Source of the DNA: Promethearchaeota archaeon
GTDB lineage: Archaea; Asgardarchaeota; Hermodarchaeia; Hermodarchaeales; Hermodarchaeaceae
Assembly (NCBI GenBank): GCA_048939625.1
Contig: JBHLPH010000014.1
Location: forward strand, 1-54,526
Direction of reading: 5' to 3'
Length of the DNA: 54,526 bases
The notes beneath the pieces were generated by a model. The model worked only from the letters and a program-made list of their open reading frames with translations, did not search any database and was not told the DNA's origin. Shown in pieces: positions 9,994-20,600 of this stretch (position 1 is the stretch's first letter; the number at the start of each line of letters is the position of its first letter). Both the position numbers and the translations under genes were made by a program.

Positions 9994-11172
9994 ATGTCAA
10001 AAATTGTATCTGTAACAGGGAATCATTCTGCATCTTGGGCGGCACGAACAGCAATCCCCGCAGTTATTGCGGCATATCCGATTACCCCACAAACTACGAT
10101 TGTCGAAAAAATCGCTGAATTCGTAGAGAATGGAGAGCTGAAATCTGAATATGTCCGTGTTGAGTCAGAACACAGTGCGATGGCTGCGTGTATTGGAGCT
10201 TCGGCCTTGGGACTCCGCACATTCACTGCAACCTCCTCTCATGGCTTAGCCCTGATGCATGAGATGCTACACTGGGCGGGTCGTTCACGCTTGCCTATCG
10301 TTATGCCAGTTGTCAATCGTTCTCTCGGACCCCCATGGAATATCTGGTCTGACCATACAGATACAATGTCACAACGTGATACTGGCTGGATTCAATTTTA
10401 TGCATCGAATAATCAGGAAGTCTATGATACCGTCCTGATGCTCTTTCGATTATGTGAAGATCCTAAAGTCTTGCTTCCTGGAATGGTAACTTTGGATGCT
10501 TACATTCTTAGCCATACGTTCACTTCGATTGAAGTCTATGAACATGATGAGATTACTGATTTTCTCCCATCTTATGAAGCAAACCATTGGAAATTGGATC
10601 CTAAAGATCCGATGGCAACCGGAAACATTGCAGGTCCTGAATATTATTATGAGCTTAGTTACGCAATCCATGAAGGGTTTGAAGCCGCACGAAAACTGAT
10701 TCCGAAAGTTGAAACAGAGTTCAAGAAACATTTTGGACGTGACCATGGTCAATTCATCGACAAATATCAGTGCGATGATGCCGAGGTTATTCTTATTGCA
10801 CTGGGAACTATGGGAGAAGAAGCCCAACTTGCTGTCGACGAACTTCGAAAGGAAGGCGTAGCAGCAGGATCTGCACGGCTCCGCGTCTTCCGCCCCTTCC
10901 CAGCCGAGCAAATTCAAGCCCTAGCAAGGAAAGCTAAAGCCTTTGTGGTCGTCGACCGAAGCCTCTCATATGGACACCTTGGAGGAGCTGCCACCGAAAT
11001 TCGATCAGCACTCTACCGAGGCGGCCAAACTATACCTGTCCAAGGAGCTATAGCCGGACTCGGCGGTCGAGACGTTAGATACACCGATATTAAGAAATTA
11101 TTCAAAATTGGATTTGAGGTTGCAGACAAAGGAGAAACGAAACCCGACATATTCTACGGATTAAATAGGTGA
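9994..11172 (+). CDS. porA: POR/VOR alpha subunit
   Basis: AYPITPQT, VESEHSA, TATSSHGL and GLGGRD. Confidence 0.93.
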   Translation: MSKIVSVTGNHSASWAARTAIPAVIAAYPITPQTTIVEKIAEFVENGELKSEYVRVESEHSAMAACIGASALGLRTFTATSSHGLALMHEMLHWAGRSRLPIVMPVVNRSLGPPWNIWSDHTDTMSQRDTGWIQFYASNNQEVYDTVLMLFRLCEDPKVLLPGMVTLDAYILSHTFTSIEVYEHDEITDFLPSYEANHWKLDPKDPMATGNIAGPEYYYELSYAIHEGFEAARKLIPKVETEFKKHFGRDHGQFIDKYQCDDAEVILIALGTMGEEAQLAVDELRKEGVAAGSARLRVFRPFPAEQIQALARKAKAFVVVDRSLSYGHLGGAATEIRSALYRGGQTIPVQGAIAGLGGRDVRYTDIKKLFKIGFEVADKGETKPDIFYGLNR

Positions 11173-12083
11173 AGAAGATGGTAGCGATCAAAGATTTACC
11201 CAGAGAAGAATACATCGAACTAGGTCACGCCGCTTGTGCAGGATGCGGCGCCACAATTGCTATCCGCCACGCACTCAAAGCCTTAGGCGAAAACACCATC
11301 CTCACAGTTCCCGCCTGCTGCATGTCCGTCATCCAAGGACTCTACCCTAAAAATGGTCTCTGCATCCCAGTTCTTAATACCGCCTTTATGACTGCAGGTG
11401 CAGCAGCTTCCGGAATAGCTGCAGGACTCAAGTACATGGGCAAAGACAAAGAAATCCAACTAATGGCCTGGGCAGGTGATGGCGGAACCTACGACATCGG
11501 TATCCAAGCCCTCAGTGGAGCTGCTGAACGCCAAACCAATTTCATCTACACATGTTACAATAATGAAGCATATGGGAACACAGGGATGCAGCGTTCTGGG
11601 GCCACACCATATGGCTCCTTTTCGACAACGACGCCGACTGGGAAAATGCAACATCGGAAGCCGTTTACTCGGATTATGGCAGAGCATGGAATTCCGTATA
11701 CAGCGTCGATTTCTGCAGCTTATCCGCGTTTGGTGTATGAGACGTATTCGAAAGCAAAGAATATTCATGGAACACGTTTTATTGAGATTCATACGATGTG
11801 CCCTACTGGCTGGCGGTATTTAACCTGGGAGACAGTGAAAATGGGTAAACTTGCTGTTGAAACAGGTGTATGGATTATGTGGGAGAAAGAGGGAGATGAG
11901 TGGCGGTTTTTAGGTCGCAGTAAGCGGATTGCAGAAGGAAAGATTGAACGGAAACCTTTGATGGATTATTTGAAACCACAAGGCCGATTTCGTACGCTTA
12001 TCAAAAACCCTGCTCGTATGAAAGAATTCGAACGGGGTATCGATCGGGAATGGGAGATTCTTAAGAAGCGGGTAGGCTGTTAA
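11169..12083 (+). CDS. porB: POR/VOR beta subunit (TPP-binding); substrate not resolvable from sequence
   Basis: GHAACAGCG, GDGGT.DIG, NNEAY.NTG.Q.S..TP and CPTGW. Confidence 0.92.
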   Translation: MKKMVAIKDLPREEYIELGHAACAGCGATIAIRHALKALGENTILTVPACCMSVIQGLYPKNGLCIPVLNTAFMTAGAAASGIAAGLKYMGKDKEIQLMAWAGDGGTYDIGIQALSGAAERQTNFIYTCYNNEAYGNTGMQRSGATPYGSFSTTTPTGKMQHRKPFTRIMAEHGIPYTASISAAYPRLVYETYSKAKNIHGTRFIEIHTMCPTGWRYLTWETVKMGKLAVETGVWIMWEKEGDEWRFLGRSKRIAEGKIERKPLMDYLKPQGRFRTLIKNPARMKEFERGIDREWEILKKRVGC

Positions 12084-12098
12084 TATCTTAACGTATTA

Positions 12099-12509
12099 TT
12101 GTCGCATATTACTCAAAAGTTGGTGGCAGATAAGTTGACGTTAGAATTCAAAGAAGAATCGATTAAGGTTGGTGATCTTCAAATTTCAGTCGCTATTAGC
12201 AATTTGGCGAATGGGTCACTAATATTGGTGAGTGATGGGAAGCAGCGGTTTGGTACGATTGCGGTGGGGGTACCGAGTCCGTTTAGTGAGATCTCTCCAG
12301 TGGCTACCTCGTGTGTGGTGGGGACGCGGTTTCAAGCGGAGGCGAGAGCGGTGGCGGATATTGCGGCACAACGTCTTGGTGGAATTGTTGTGGTGAATCT
12401 GTTTTTGTCTCGAGAGAATGAGAGTGAGGTAGGAGCAGTTCTTTCTGCTGTGCGGTCAGTATTGCTAGAAAAGGTGCCAAGTAGTGAAGGAGCGCGCCGG
12501 CTGGGCTAG
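12099..12509 (+). CDS. small protein, possibly proteasome assembly chaperone 4-like
   Basis: Pattern NG..ILVS.....GTIAV.VP..S.VVG..AR..A...A.RL...VVVNL, judged by eye. Confidence 0.45.
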   Translation: MSHITQKLVADKLTLEFKEESIKVGDLQISVAISNLANGSLILVSDGKQRFGTIAVGVPSPFSEISPVATSCVVGTRFQAEARAVADIAAQRLGGIVVVNLFLSRENESEVGAVLSAVRSVLLEKVPSSEGARRLG

Positions 12510-12582
12510 TTTGGATGGGTAATAAGCAGCAGGTTTATATGTTATTCAAAGAAATTGTTCAATTAGCATGGAGGTTAAGTAA

Positions 12583-13845
12583 TTGGTTCGAGAACGTTGG
12601 GGATTCATCAAAGATCCCTTGTATGGGTATGTGGCGATTACCCCTTTAGAAAAGAAGATAATTGATACTCGTGTAGTTCAGCGCTTACGCCGATTACGAC
12701 AACTAGCTGGAGCAGAATTTGTGTATCCTGGAGCAAATCACACGCGGTTTGAGCATAGTGTTGGAGCGATGCACCTAGCGGGGTTGATGGCTGAGAATAT
12801 CACAGATGATGAAATAGAGATTCAATCCTTGCGGTTAGCGGCTTTGTTACATGATGTTGGGCATGGACCGTTCAGTCATATCTTCGAAGAAATTCTTGTT
12901 AAGAAAGGACAGAACCATGAGGATATTACGACTTGGCTAGTGAAGAGCTCGGAACTTGCTGATATTTTGAAAGATGGAGGAGTGAACCCAGAAGAATTGA
13001 GTCACCTAGCCATAGGAAAATTGGAGCAAAAGGGTCGGATATATCTTAATCAGGTGATTCGGAGTTCTGTAGATGTTGATAAGTTAGACTATATTGTTCG
13101 TGATTCCTTTCACACGGGGGCAGAGTATGGGAGTGTTGATGTTTTTCGTCTAATCTATACAACTGAACCATTTCAAGGGAATTTAGCCGTAAATACTACA
13201 GCGTTAACGACGCTTGAAGCATTTCTTATCGCCCGAGTGCTCAGTTTCCGGAGTATCTATTATCATCGAGTCTGTCGAGGGGTGCAAAGAATGCTGGCAG
13301 ACGCGTTAAATGTTGCTGATGAGGAGCTTGGACTTTCTCAGTTTAGCGAAACTGAAGATTACTTAGACATGGATGATTATACCATCTGGACGCAGCTCAA
13401 GAAATGTAAGGCTTCTCGTCCAATTATCGAACGACTTGAACGCCGAGAACTTCTCAAATGCGCATATACAGTTGAATCAATCGTTCAAGATCACCCCACA
13501 ATCGATTTGTTAGACAAGGAAAGTGTACGTAGGCAAATTGAACAAGAAATCGCTGCAAAAGCGAATGTTGATACGGATAAAGTGCAACTAGATTCGCCTC
13601 TTCTTCCATCTGTTCCTTATCGTCATTCATCGCAATTGGATCCAATGGAGATTCCCGGGTTCGCCTATGTGGGTAAGAAAAAGATAGCTGTTGATCTTGT
13701 TGAATTATCTCGTGTAATTTCTTCTCTGAAAGGATACCTCGACATCGTACGGGTTTATACTACAGCTCAGCTCCGAAAACGTGTTGGGAAAGCGGCTCAG
13801 GAAGTGTTAGGAGGTACACCTTACGTATCAGGCATCTCGATGTAG
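12583..13845 (+). CDS. HD-domain dNTP triphosphohydrolase (SAMHD1-like)
   Basis: IKDPLYG, QRLR..RQL, HTRFEHS.G, LHDVGHGPFSH and D.DKLDY..RD. Confidence 0.92.
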   Translation: MVRERWGFIKDPLYGYVAITPLEKKIIDTRVVQRLRRLRQLAGAEFVYPGANHTRFEHSVGAMHLAGLMAENITDDEIEIQSLRLAALLHDVGHGPFSHIFEEILVKKGQNHEDITTWLVKSSELADILKDGGVNPEELSHLAIGKLEQKGRIYLNQVIRSSVDVDKLDYIVRDSFHTGAEYGSVDVFRLIYTTEPFQGNLAVNTTALTTLEAFLIARVLSFRSIYYHRVCRGVQRMLADALNVADEELGLSQFSETEDYLDMDDYTIWTQLKKCKASRPIIERLERRELLKCAYTVESIVQDHPTIDLLDKESVRRQIEQEIAAKANVDTDKVQLDSPLLPSVPYRHSSQLDPMEIPGFAYVGKKKIAVDLVELSRVISSLKGYLDIVRVYTTAQLRKRVGKAAQEVLGGTPYVSGISM

Positions 13846-13854
13846 AAATAATAC

Positions 13855-14898
13855 TTAGAGGAAATCAGATAGCTCTAATTGCTTCCGGTGTTTGGGTTCA
13901 ACTTGCTTGACATTTAATTTTTCAAGAACCGCCCCAAAGGTAACAGTATTTCCACATGTTAAATGTACAGCACGCGGTTGAGCCTTTTTCACATAATCAA
14001 CGAGTTGATGAAAGTCAGCATGCGCAGAAAGGACAAATGATTTATCAAATTTTTTCATTGGGAAAATCTTCGCCCATCCAGTGGCTACAGCCCGAGATAC
14101 AGGATGAGCAAACCGAGATTTGGTAATTGGAGCGCTATCTGACGTAAGATATGCAAACCCGCCTTGACGGATAATTTCTCTTCCTTCTCTGGATTTTTCA
14201 CTGAAGAAATTCAATGGAATTGCATTTTGCTGATAAACTTGGCTTATCTTCGCAATAGTTGGTTCAACAATAACAGGAACTGTGAGGAAAGTGTTGATGA
14301 TTCGGATAATTTCTTGAGCCTTTCCTGTTGCATAAACACGAAATACTGGAACTTTCCTTTGTTTTAACTCTTGACTTATCCACTCGGCTATTTCACCGTA
14401 TACTTGTTCCCTTGGTGGAAAAACTGCATCCGGACGTCCATAGGTTGCCTCCATAAGTAGCACGTCACAGGGAATCGGATTCGCTCCTTCAGCCGTCATT
14501 GTTGGCTGCATGTTAAAATCCCCAGTATAGACAAGTCGTGTTCCATTCTTCTCTACAACGAATTGAACTGCACCAAGCATGTGCCCCGCAGGTTCAAGCT
14601 TGATGCTCACTCCATCATCAAAAGAATAGAGTTGGTTTGGCTGAATTGTGTGAACGTGCGACGGTTTTCCCGCAAGTGATTTGTATATTTCCAAGGTTTG
14701 GGGAGTAACAATTTTCCGAATATTAGTTTTGAATCCTGTAATGTGATCGGCGTGTGCATGTGAAATACATATGGTAGTTTTCGGAGACCGCCATCTATTA
14801 AGTACCTTTATGGGATCGAAAAGGAGACGTTGGTCCCCAGCCCGAATTGCTATGCTACGAGATTTGATTACCTGAAAATCCGCGAATGGACTCCGCAT
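13855..14898 (-). CDS. MBL-fold beta-CASP nuclease
   Basis: SHAHADH, AGH.LG, YTGD, EATYG, G(K)AQE, ATGW and LSAHAD. Confidence 0.88.
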   Translation of the reverse strand: MRSPFADFQVIKSRSIAIRAGDQRLLFDPIKVLNRWRSPKTTICISHAHADHITGFKTNIRKIVTPQTLEIYKSLAGKPSHVHTIQPNQLYSFDDGVSIKLEPAGHMLGAVQFVVEKNGTRLVYTGDFNMQPTMTAEGANPIPCDVLLMEATYGRPDAVFPPREQVYGEIAEWISQELKQRKVPVFRVYATGKAQEIIRIINTFLTVPVIVEPTIAKISQVYQQNAIPLNFFSEKSREGREIIRQGGFAYLTSDSAPITKSRFAHPVSRAVATGWAKIFPMKKFDKSFVLSAHADFHQLVDYVKKAQPRAVHLTCGNTVTFGAVLEKLNVKQVEPKHRKQLELSDFL

Positions 14899-15002
14899 AA
14901 TAATGTCCCACGATTCTCAATGTGTAGAACGGCTCTTAGCAGGAATTAGCATAACCACTAATTTAAGCTTGCTAGAATAATCGACTGTTGAAATCTGTTG
15001 GA

Positions 15003-15203
15003 TTATCCTAATCCAGGAATAATGAAGTTGAAAAGACCAAGGTTCGCCATAAAAACGACAACAATGAGGGCAATTGAGATAAGTAACACTGTGATGGGAC
15101 CTATTTTAATTCCCTCACTAGAATCGGCAAAGAACCGAATCAGACCAGCACCTGCAGCTGGCATAGGACCTTCTGATTGTCGTTTCCGCTTTGATTTTGG
15201 CAT
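15003..15203 (-). CDS. secG: preprotein translocase Sec61beta/SecG
   Basis: Basic N-terminus, AGLIRFF, IKIGP and a single C-terminal TM helix. Confidence 0.9.
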   Translation of the reverse strand: MPKSKRKRQSEGPMPAAGAGLIRFFADSSEGIKIGPITVLLISIALIVVVFMANLGLFNFIIPGLG

Positions 15204-15307
15204 ACGATTCCCACTTACGATTTCTTTGGAATCCTTAAATCCCAACTGTTTTTAAGGTTTCTTGATGAAACATGGACTCCGTCAACTAAAAAATTTGCTT
15301 ACAAGAG

Positions 15308-16645
15308 ATGAAAGTCATGAAGCCTAGTGAAGCACGTTCATCATACAACCAGATATTCTCTCTACTGGAAAGGCACCATAAATGGATGCAGGAAACAATC
15401 AATCTTATTGCATCAGAAAACGTACATTCGCCTGCGGTTCGAGAAGCGATGCAGATTGACTTCAGCGACCGTTATGCCGAAGGCTGGCCAGGAGAACGAG
15501 TTTATGCGGGAACTAAATACATTGACGAAGTTGAAATTATGGGTAATGAACTCACTAAGGCTCTTTTCCGAGCAGATTTTGCTGATGTAAGACCTATCAG
15601 TGGAGTTTTAGCGAATCTAAGTATCTTAACAGCCTTCACCGAACCTGGTGACCGTATGATGTGTTTGTCTATCCCCACTGGTGGCCATATTTCATCAGCA
15701 CGTCATAGGTTGTGGGGTACAGCAGGACGTGTACGTGGCTTAAAGATTCAATATTTCAAATATGATGAGTATGAGCTCAATATTGACGTTGATGCGACTA
15801 TTCGAAGAATAGAACGATTACAGAAGAGAGGTAAGCACATTGATCTCTACATGTTTGGTGCCTCAGTTTTTCCATTTCCCCAACCACTCCCGGAAATCGT
15901 TGAGGTCGCAAAGCAAAATGGAGCCTATGTGAATTTTGATGCCGCACATGTAGCTGGTTTAGTTGCAACCGATAGCTTTCAAGATCCTCTCCGCGAAGGT
16001 GCAGACAGCATAACGTTTAGCACTCACAAGACACTTCCTGGACCTCAGGGAGGTTGCATTGTTGCTAAAGAACAATTTGCTGATCGAATCAAGCGTGGCG
16101 TCTTTCCTGCATTACATAGTAACCATCACCTTCACCATGTAGCGGCGAAAGCCGTTGTGATGGCAGAAATGCTTGCCTTCGGTAAAGAGTATAGCCACCA
16201 AATCATTGAAAACGCTCAAACCCTTGGACAGGCACTCATGGAGGAGGGATTCAAGGTTCTTGCTGAACACAAAGGATTTACAAAATCACATGTACTCCTC
16301 ATTGAAGTCGCGGATACACCCTTGAGAAATGGACGAGCTGTTGAAGAAACACTAGAAGACGCGAATATTATCATCAACCGGAATTTGTTACCTTGGGATA
16401 AACGATTTGGACGAGATTACATACGCCCAGGAGGTATACGACTAGGAACTAGTGAAATGACACGGTTGGGCATGAAGAAAGATGAAATGATTCAAATTGC
16501 AGAGTTCATGCGACGAATTGTCTTTGATAAGGAAGACCCTAAATCTGTAGCTAAGGATGTTGCACAATTCAGAAAGGGATTCCAAAAAATCCATTTTGCT
16601 TTTGATACTGCTCGCGATGCCTATGAGTATATCAAAATCCGATAG
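15308..16645 (+). CDS. glyA: serine hydroxymethyltransferase
   Basis: LIASEN, YAEG.PG.R.Y.G, DAAH, STHKTLPGPQGG and GIRLGT. Confidence 0.96.
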   Translation: MKVMKPSEARSSYNQIFSLLERHHKWMQETINLIASENVHSPAVREAMQIDFSDRYAEGWPGERVYAGTKYIDEVEIMGNELTKALFRADFADVRPISGVLANLSILTAFTEPGDRMMCLSIPTGGHISSARHRLWGTAGRVRGLKIQYFKYDEYELNIDVDATIRRIERLQKRGKHIDLYMFGASVFPFPQPLPEIVEVAKQNGAYVNFDAAHVAGLVATDSFQDPLREGADSITFSTHKTLPGPQGGCIVAKEQFADRIKRGVFPALHSNHHLHHVAAKAVVMAEMLAFGKEYSHQIIENAQTLGQALMEEGFKVLAEHKGFTKSHVLLIEVADTPLRNGRAVEETLEDANIIINRNLLPWDKRFGRDYIRPGGIRLGTSEMTRLGMKKDEMIQIAEFMRRIVFDKEDPKSVAKDVAQFRKGFQKIHFAFDTARDAYEYIKIR

Positions 16646-16750
16646 CGACCCTTTGAGGAACCCTTTTTAACGGTACTTACCAATTTAATGCAGGATTTTC
16701 TCTGTCAGAATTAATCTTTCAGTTGATATTGCCCTCAGGAGGCGCTAACT

Positions 16751-17596
16751 ATGAAGGTCAAAGAAGTGATGAAGACGGAATTTGCTCGGGCTTCGGTTCC
16801 AGGTACACGTGATACGGTTCTCCAGATAATGTCAGAGTATGGAAAAACATCAATTCCTTTAGTAAAGAAAGATTCAGAAGAATTGGCAGGAATGGTTTCA
16901 CGCCTGGATTTAATGCGAAAACCCGAGGAGGATCAATTAGCACTCCTAATGGACCGGAACCCACCAATAGTAGCCCAAAGCAATGAGGTCGAAGAAGCAG
17001 TTCAGATTTTATTAGATGAGGGGATTCGTCGCCTGCCAGTTGTTGATTCAAAACGTCAGCTCAAAGGTATGATCACCGTTCACCAAATCATCAGAAAGGT
17101 GATAAGCGTTGGATATGAAGATGAGCTAATTACGCCATTCGTGGAGCGAAAAGTTACCGCTGTTTGGGAAAACACTCCAATCCAAGCGGCTTACACAATA
17201 ATGCGATTAGCCTCAACTGATGTTTTGCCTGTAATTTCAGAAAAAGGTGATTTAGTAGGCATAATCTCGGTAAGCGACATTATGAATCTGAGTGAAGTTG
17301 TTAGAGAACGACGAGCAACTTCGGTTTCTGCAGCTAGTGAGGGGACTGATTGGTCGTGGGATGCAACAACAGTTCTTTACATAACCACCAATGAACTACA
17401 GCTTCCCAACAAACCGGTCGCTGAGGTAATGATTGGTAGCATCATCACAACCTATGAACAAGCAACGATTGGTGAGGTCACCAAAACTATGCGACGTCAT
17501 GATATTGACCAACTCCCCGTTACCAATGCCAAAGGTGAATTATGTGGTATTATCCGTGACAGAGATTTGATGCGAATCCTATTGAAACCGAAATGA
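16751..17596 (+). CDS. 4xCBS domain protein
   Basis: Four CBS repeats (LPVV...L.G.I) and the archaeal W.W insertion (DWSWD). Confidence 0.9.
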   Translation: MKVKEVMKTEFARASVPGTRDTVLQIMSEYGKTSIPLVKKDSEELAGMVSRLDLMRKPEEDQLALLMDRNPPIVAQSNEVEEAVQILLDEGIRRLPVVDSKRQLKGMITVHQIIRKVISVGYEDELITPFVERKVTAVWENTPIQAAYTIMRLASTDVLPVISEKGDLVGIISVSDIMNLSEVVRERRATSVSAASEGTDWSWDATTVLYITTNELQLPNKPVAEVMIGSIITTYEQATIGEVTKTMRRHDIDQLPVTNAKGELCGIIRDRDLMRILLKPK

Positions 17597-17604
17597 AGAA
17601 GAAA

Positions 17605-20600
17605 TTAGGAGCGGGTGGGCGTAAATTCCCGTAATGTTGTCTGCTGTTCGTCTTCTTCCATGGGAAACAACGATTTGATGACTCTTTTCGCCATTTCTAG
17701 TCGTTGCTGATAATAAAGGGGGAGTTGATAATGTTCAATAACTTTGGACGCTAACTCGACATATTTTGTAATACCAGCTTGGGTAACTGTCAAAACGAGA
17801 TTACCGGAGCATTCAGTGCATTTTCCAGATAAAGGGATTCGCCGATATTTCTGATTACACCGAGTACACCGAACTTGCTGAGTCGAGAAAGCGCGAATAT
17901 TCCCAAAAATGTCAGGGAGAAAATGCGAATCAAGAAGCCGACGAGCCATGTCCTGAACGTCAACAGCTGCAATACGTTCTCCTAATCCTAATTGCCGTTC
18001 CACCTTTTCCTGCATCGTCTTTAACTTTGAATACGTGGTGATGCGAGGCCCATAATTAACATCACCCGTGGGATGGGAAAAATCTAAACCGTATACTTCC
18101 GTGGAAGGGTCGAGACGATGATCCACGATTCGATGCGCCACTAAATCAAAGATGTCTTCAACATCCTTAGGATCAACAAATTGCCTGGCTCTCTCATAGA
18201 ATTCCAAAGGATAAAGCCCACTTCCATCGATATGGTGTGCTTCATCATCAATTTCTTTGGGTGTGATGGTGATACTCAAAACAAGCGGCGTATCCATAGA
18301 CCCACCTCGCGACGTTGGTAAGTAAGCTCGAGAAAAGTTGATGAGCGAATCCAACGCCAGTAGCAAAGAATCTTCATCACCATCACATTGCCCAACACAC
18401 ATGAGTGTATTTTGTGTGATGTTATGATATGCTGGCACATTAGGATTAATTGGATTGATCTCTAGACAGTAGGAAGCCCCGAATTGGTTTGAGTATTTGA
18501 TCGATTTGATTTTATCCGCAATCATCGAGTTGCTAATTCTCATGATTCGCTGGGTTTTGGGGAATCCGTTTTGAAATAGTTTTTCTATGCGAGCAGTTTT
18601 TTTCTTGTGAATCAGACTGAGATTTCTCAGAAATGCTAGATTTTCTCGTCCTGGAATATTTACATGATAGAGTCCCTTGGTTTCTTTGGGCTGGGTTCCG
18701 AGTTCTTCATATCTATTCAGAATTTTTTGACCGAAGCGACCTCCCTTAGTTGAGCTAATTCGGGCGAAAATCCCAAAGGTTGAGAGTAAAAGGCAATAAT
18801 CTTCAGCTAGTGATTGATTTCCTGTATAGATTGTTGTTCGACAAGCTTGTGGGATTATAGAACCATCTCCATCGATAAGTGCCGATAGGAAATGGTAACG
18901 GTGGTCCTTATTTGCTGTAAAAATGAAAGTGGGTAAGCGTTTTTGGAGTGCTTTTGTACCAAGTTTCCATGCATATGCGAATAGGTAAGCGTGAATGCGG
19001 CTGGTGTGGCAAAGTTGATGGTTATCCTTTTTGTAATAGGGCTGTGAGCCTAGAATTTTTTGGATAAGTTGGATGAGATGTTTCCGTATTTCGGGGTTGG
19101 GGACGCTGAAGTTGGTTTGATAACAAGTGGATTCGTCTCGAATATAACCTTCACTAATGAAATATCCTAAAAGACGGTATAATTCTGCAGTGTTAGCAAT
19201 ATAGGGAGCGAAGGTTTTGTCATCTCGAGCCATTCCGATTTCTACGTAATCGGGAATGTCATTCCATTGGAATACTCCTTCGTTTTCAAACACTTCGAGA
19301 TGAGAGAGAGGTATCGAATGGTACCAATTGGTTGAGAAAATGTGTTTGTAAGGTTTAGTGGGGAGTTTGTCTTGAAAATAGAGTTTTAATTTCCGGGCCA
19401 GTTGCCATGCAGAAGGGGTATCTTTGGATTTGTTAATAGAATGATAACACAGATTTGACAAAACAAATTTGAAAAGCTGTTTCTTTAGCCATTTTGAAGC
19501 TTTTCGGAGCCTCGTAGCATGTTTGAATGCTTCAAATTTTTGTGTTTTGGGAAGATTAGATGAAAGTTCCTGCAGAATGTTGAAGAAGGAAGCAGAATCG
19601 ATTATTGGAAAACCACTTCGATTAATAATCGGTATTAAATCCCCTTGTTCGAGCTGGAGTGCCGTTTTTCTCTCTGTAGTTTTTGTTCTTTGGTTCCAAG
19701 TAATGACAGTGTGTTCTGGAGTCATGGTAATTTTTCGACCAGATTGGGTCGTGATCGTAATCCATTTGTTACTAGTACCTTTTACCCAGTGTTTTATGGG
19801 CTGAAAAATAGGTTTAAGCAGTTCAGGATCAAAGCTTAGCGCTAACCAGTTTGAATGAGAATTCTCAATCTCAATAGTTCCATAGTCATCAACAACCCTG
19901 TGGTTTGCACCATTCTGTAAAAGATCTTCAACGACTTGTCCTATTGGCTCCCGAAGGATTTGATGTTTGTCTGTATCCCAGATAAGAATCTCTTCATTTT
20001 CGTGTAAACAATTTCGACGTTTGGCTGCGTGCCAGAATGGATGGGCGTAACAGACTCTGAGGGGGGTGAAGCCAACGATGCGGCCAATGATGCCGGCGGA
20101 GGTGTGGGGGGCAAGGCCGATGACGAGGTGTCCAACGAGGTCTTCGGGAGTTTGAAGGTTATAGAATGGGTCAAGATCATATACTTGGGTGAGGAGTGCA
20201 TCAACATATTGTGAGACACGATAGAGGTATTTTGCGCAGTCGTAGGGGACAATGATGTCTTGGATTTTTAATTCCAAGATTTGCGAAGTGCTTTGGAGGG
20301 GTGCCCCTAATTTGTCGAAATTATATCCTAATTTTCTAAGTTTGTCTATCGGTACATTGATTTCGCAGGGTTTGAAGTGGGTCAATGGAGCATCGGTCAT
20401 ATCATAGCGGATTGTGCCATCTTTGTATACGAAAAGGTCGTGCGCTGCGCGGAGGACCGCTTTTTCTAGAAGTTCAGGGGTTTTATCTTTGCTCATCAAT
20501 CCTTTGACGCCTTTGATTCGTTTCGGCAGTATTCCACCTAATTTGGTATGAATCCGTTGCAGTTCACTTTTGACATCAAGATCCACTGGTCCGTAGGTAT

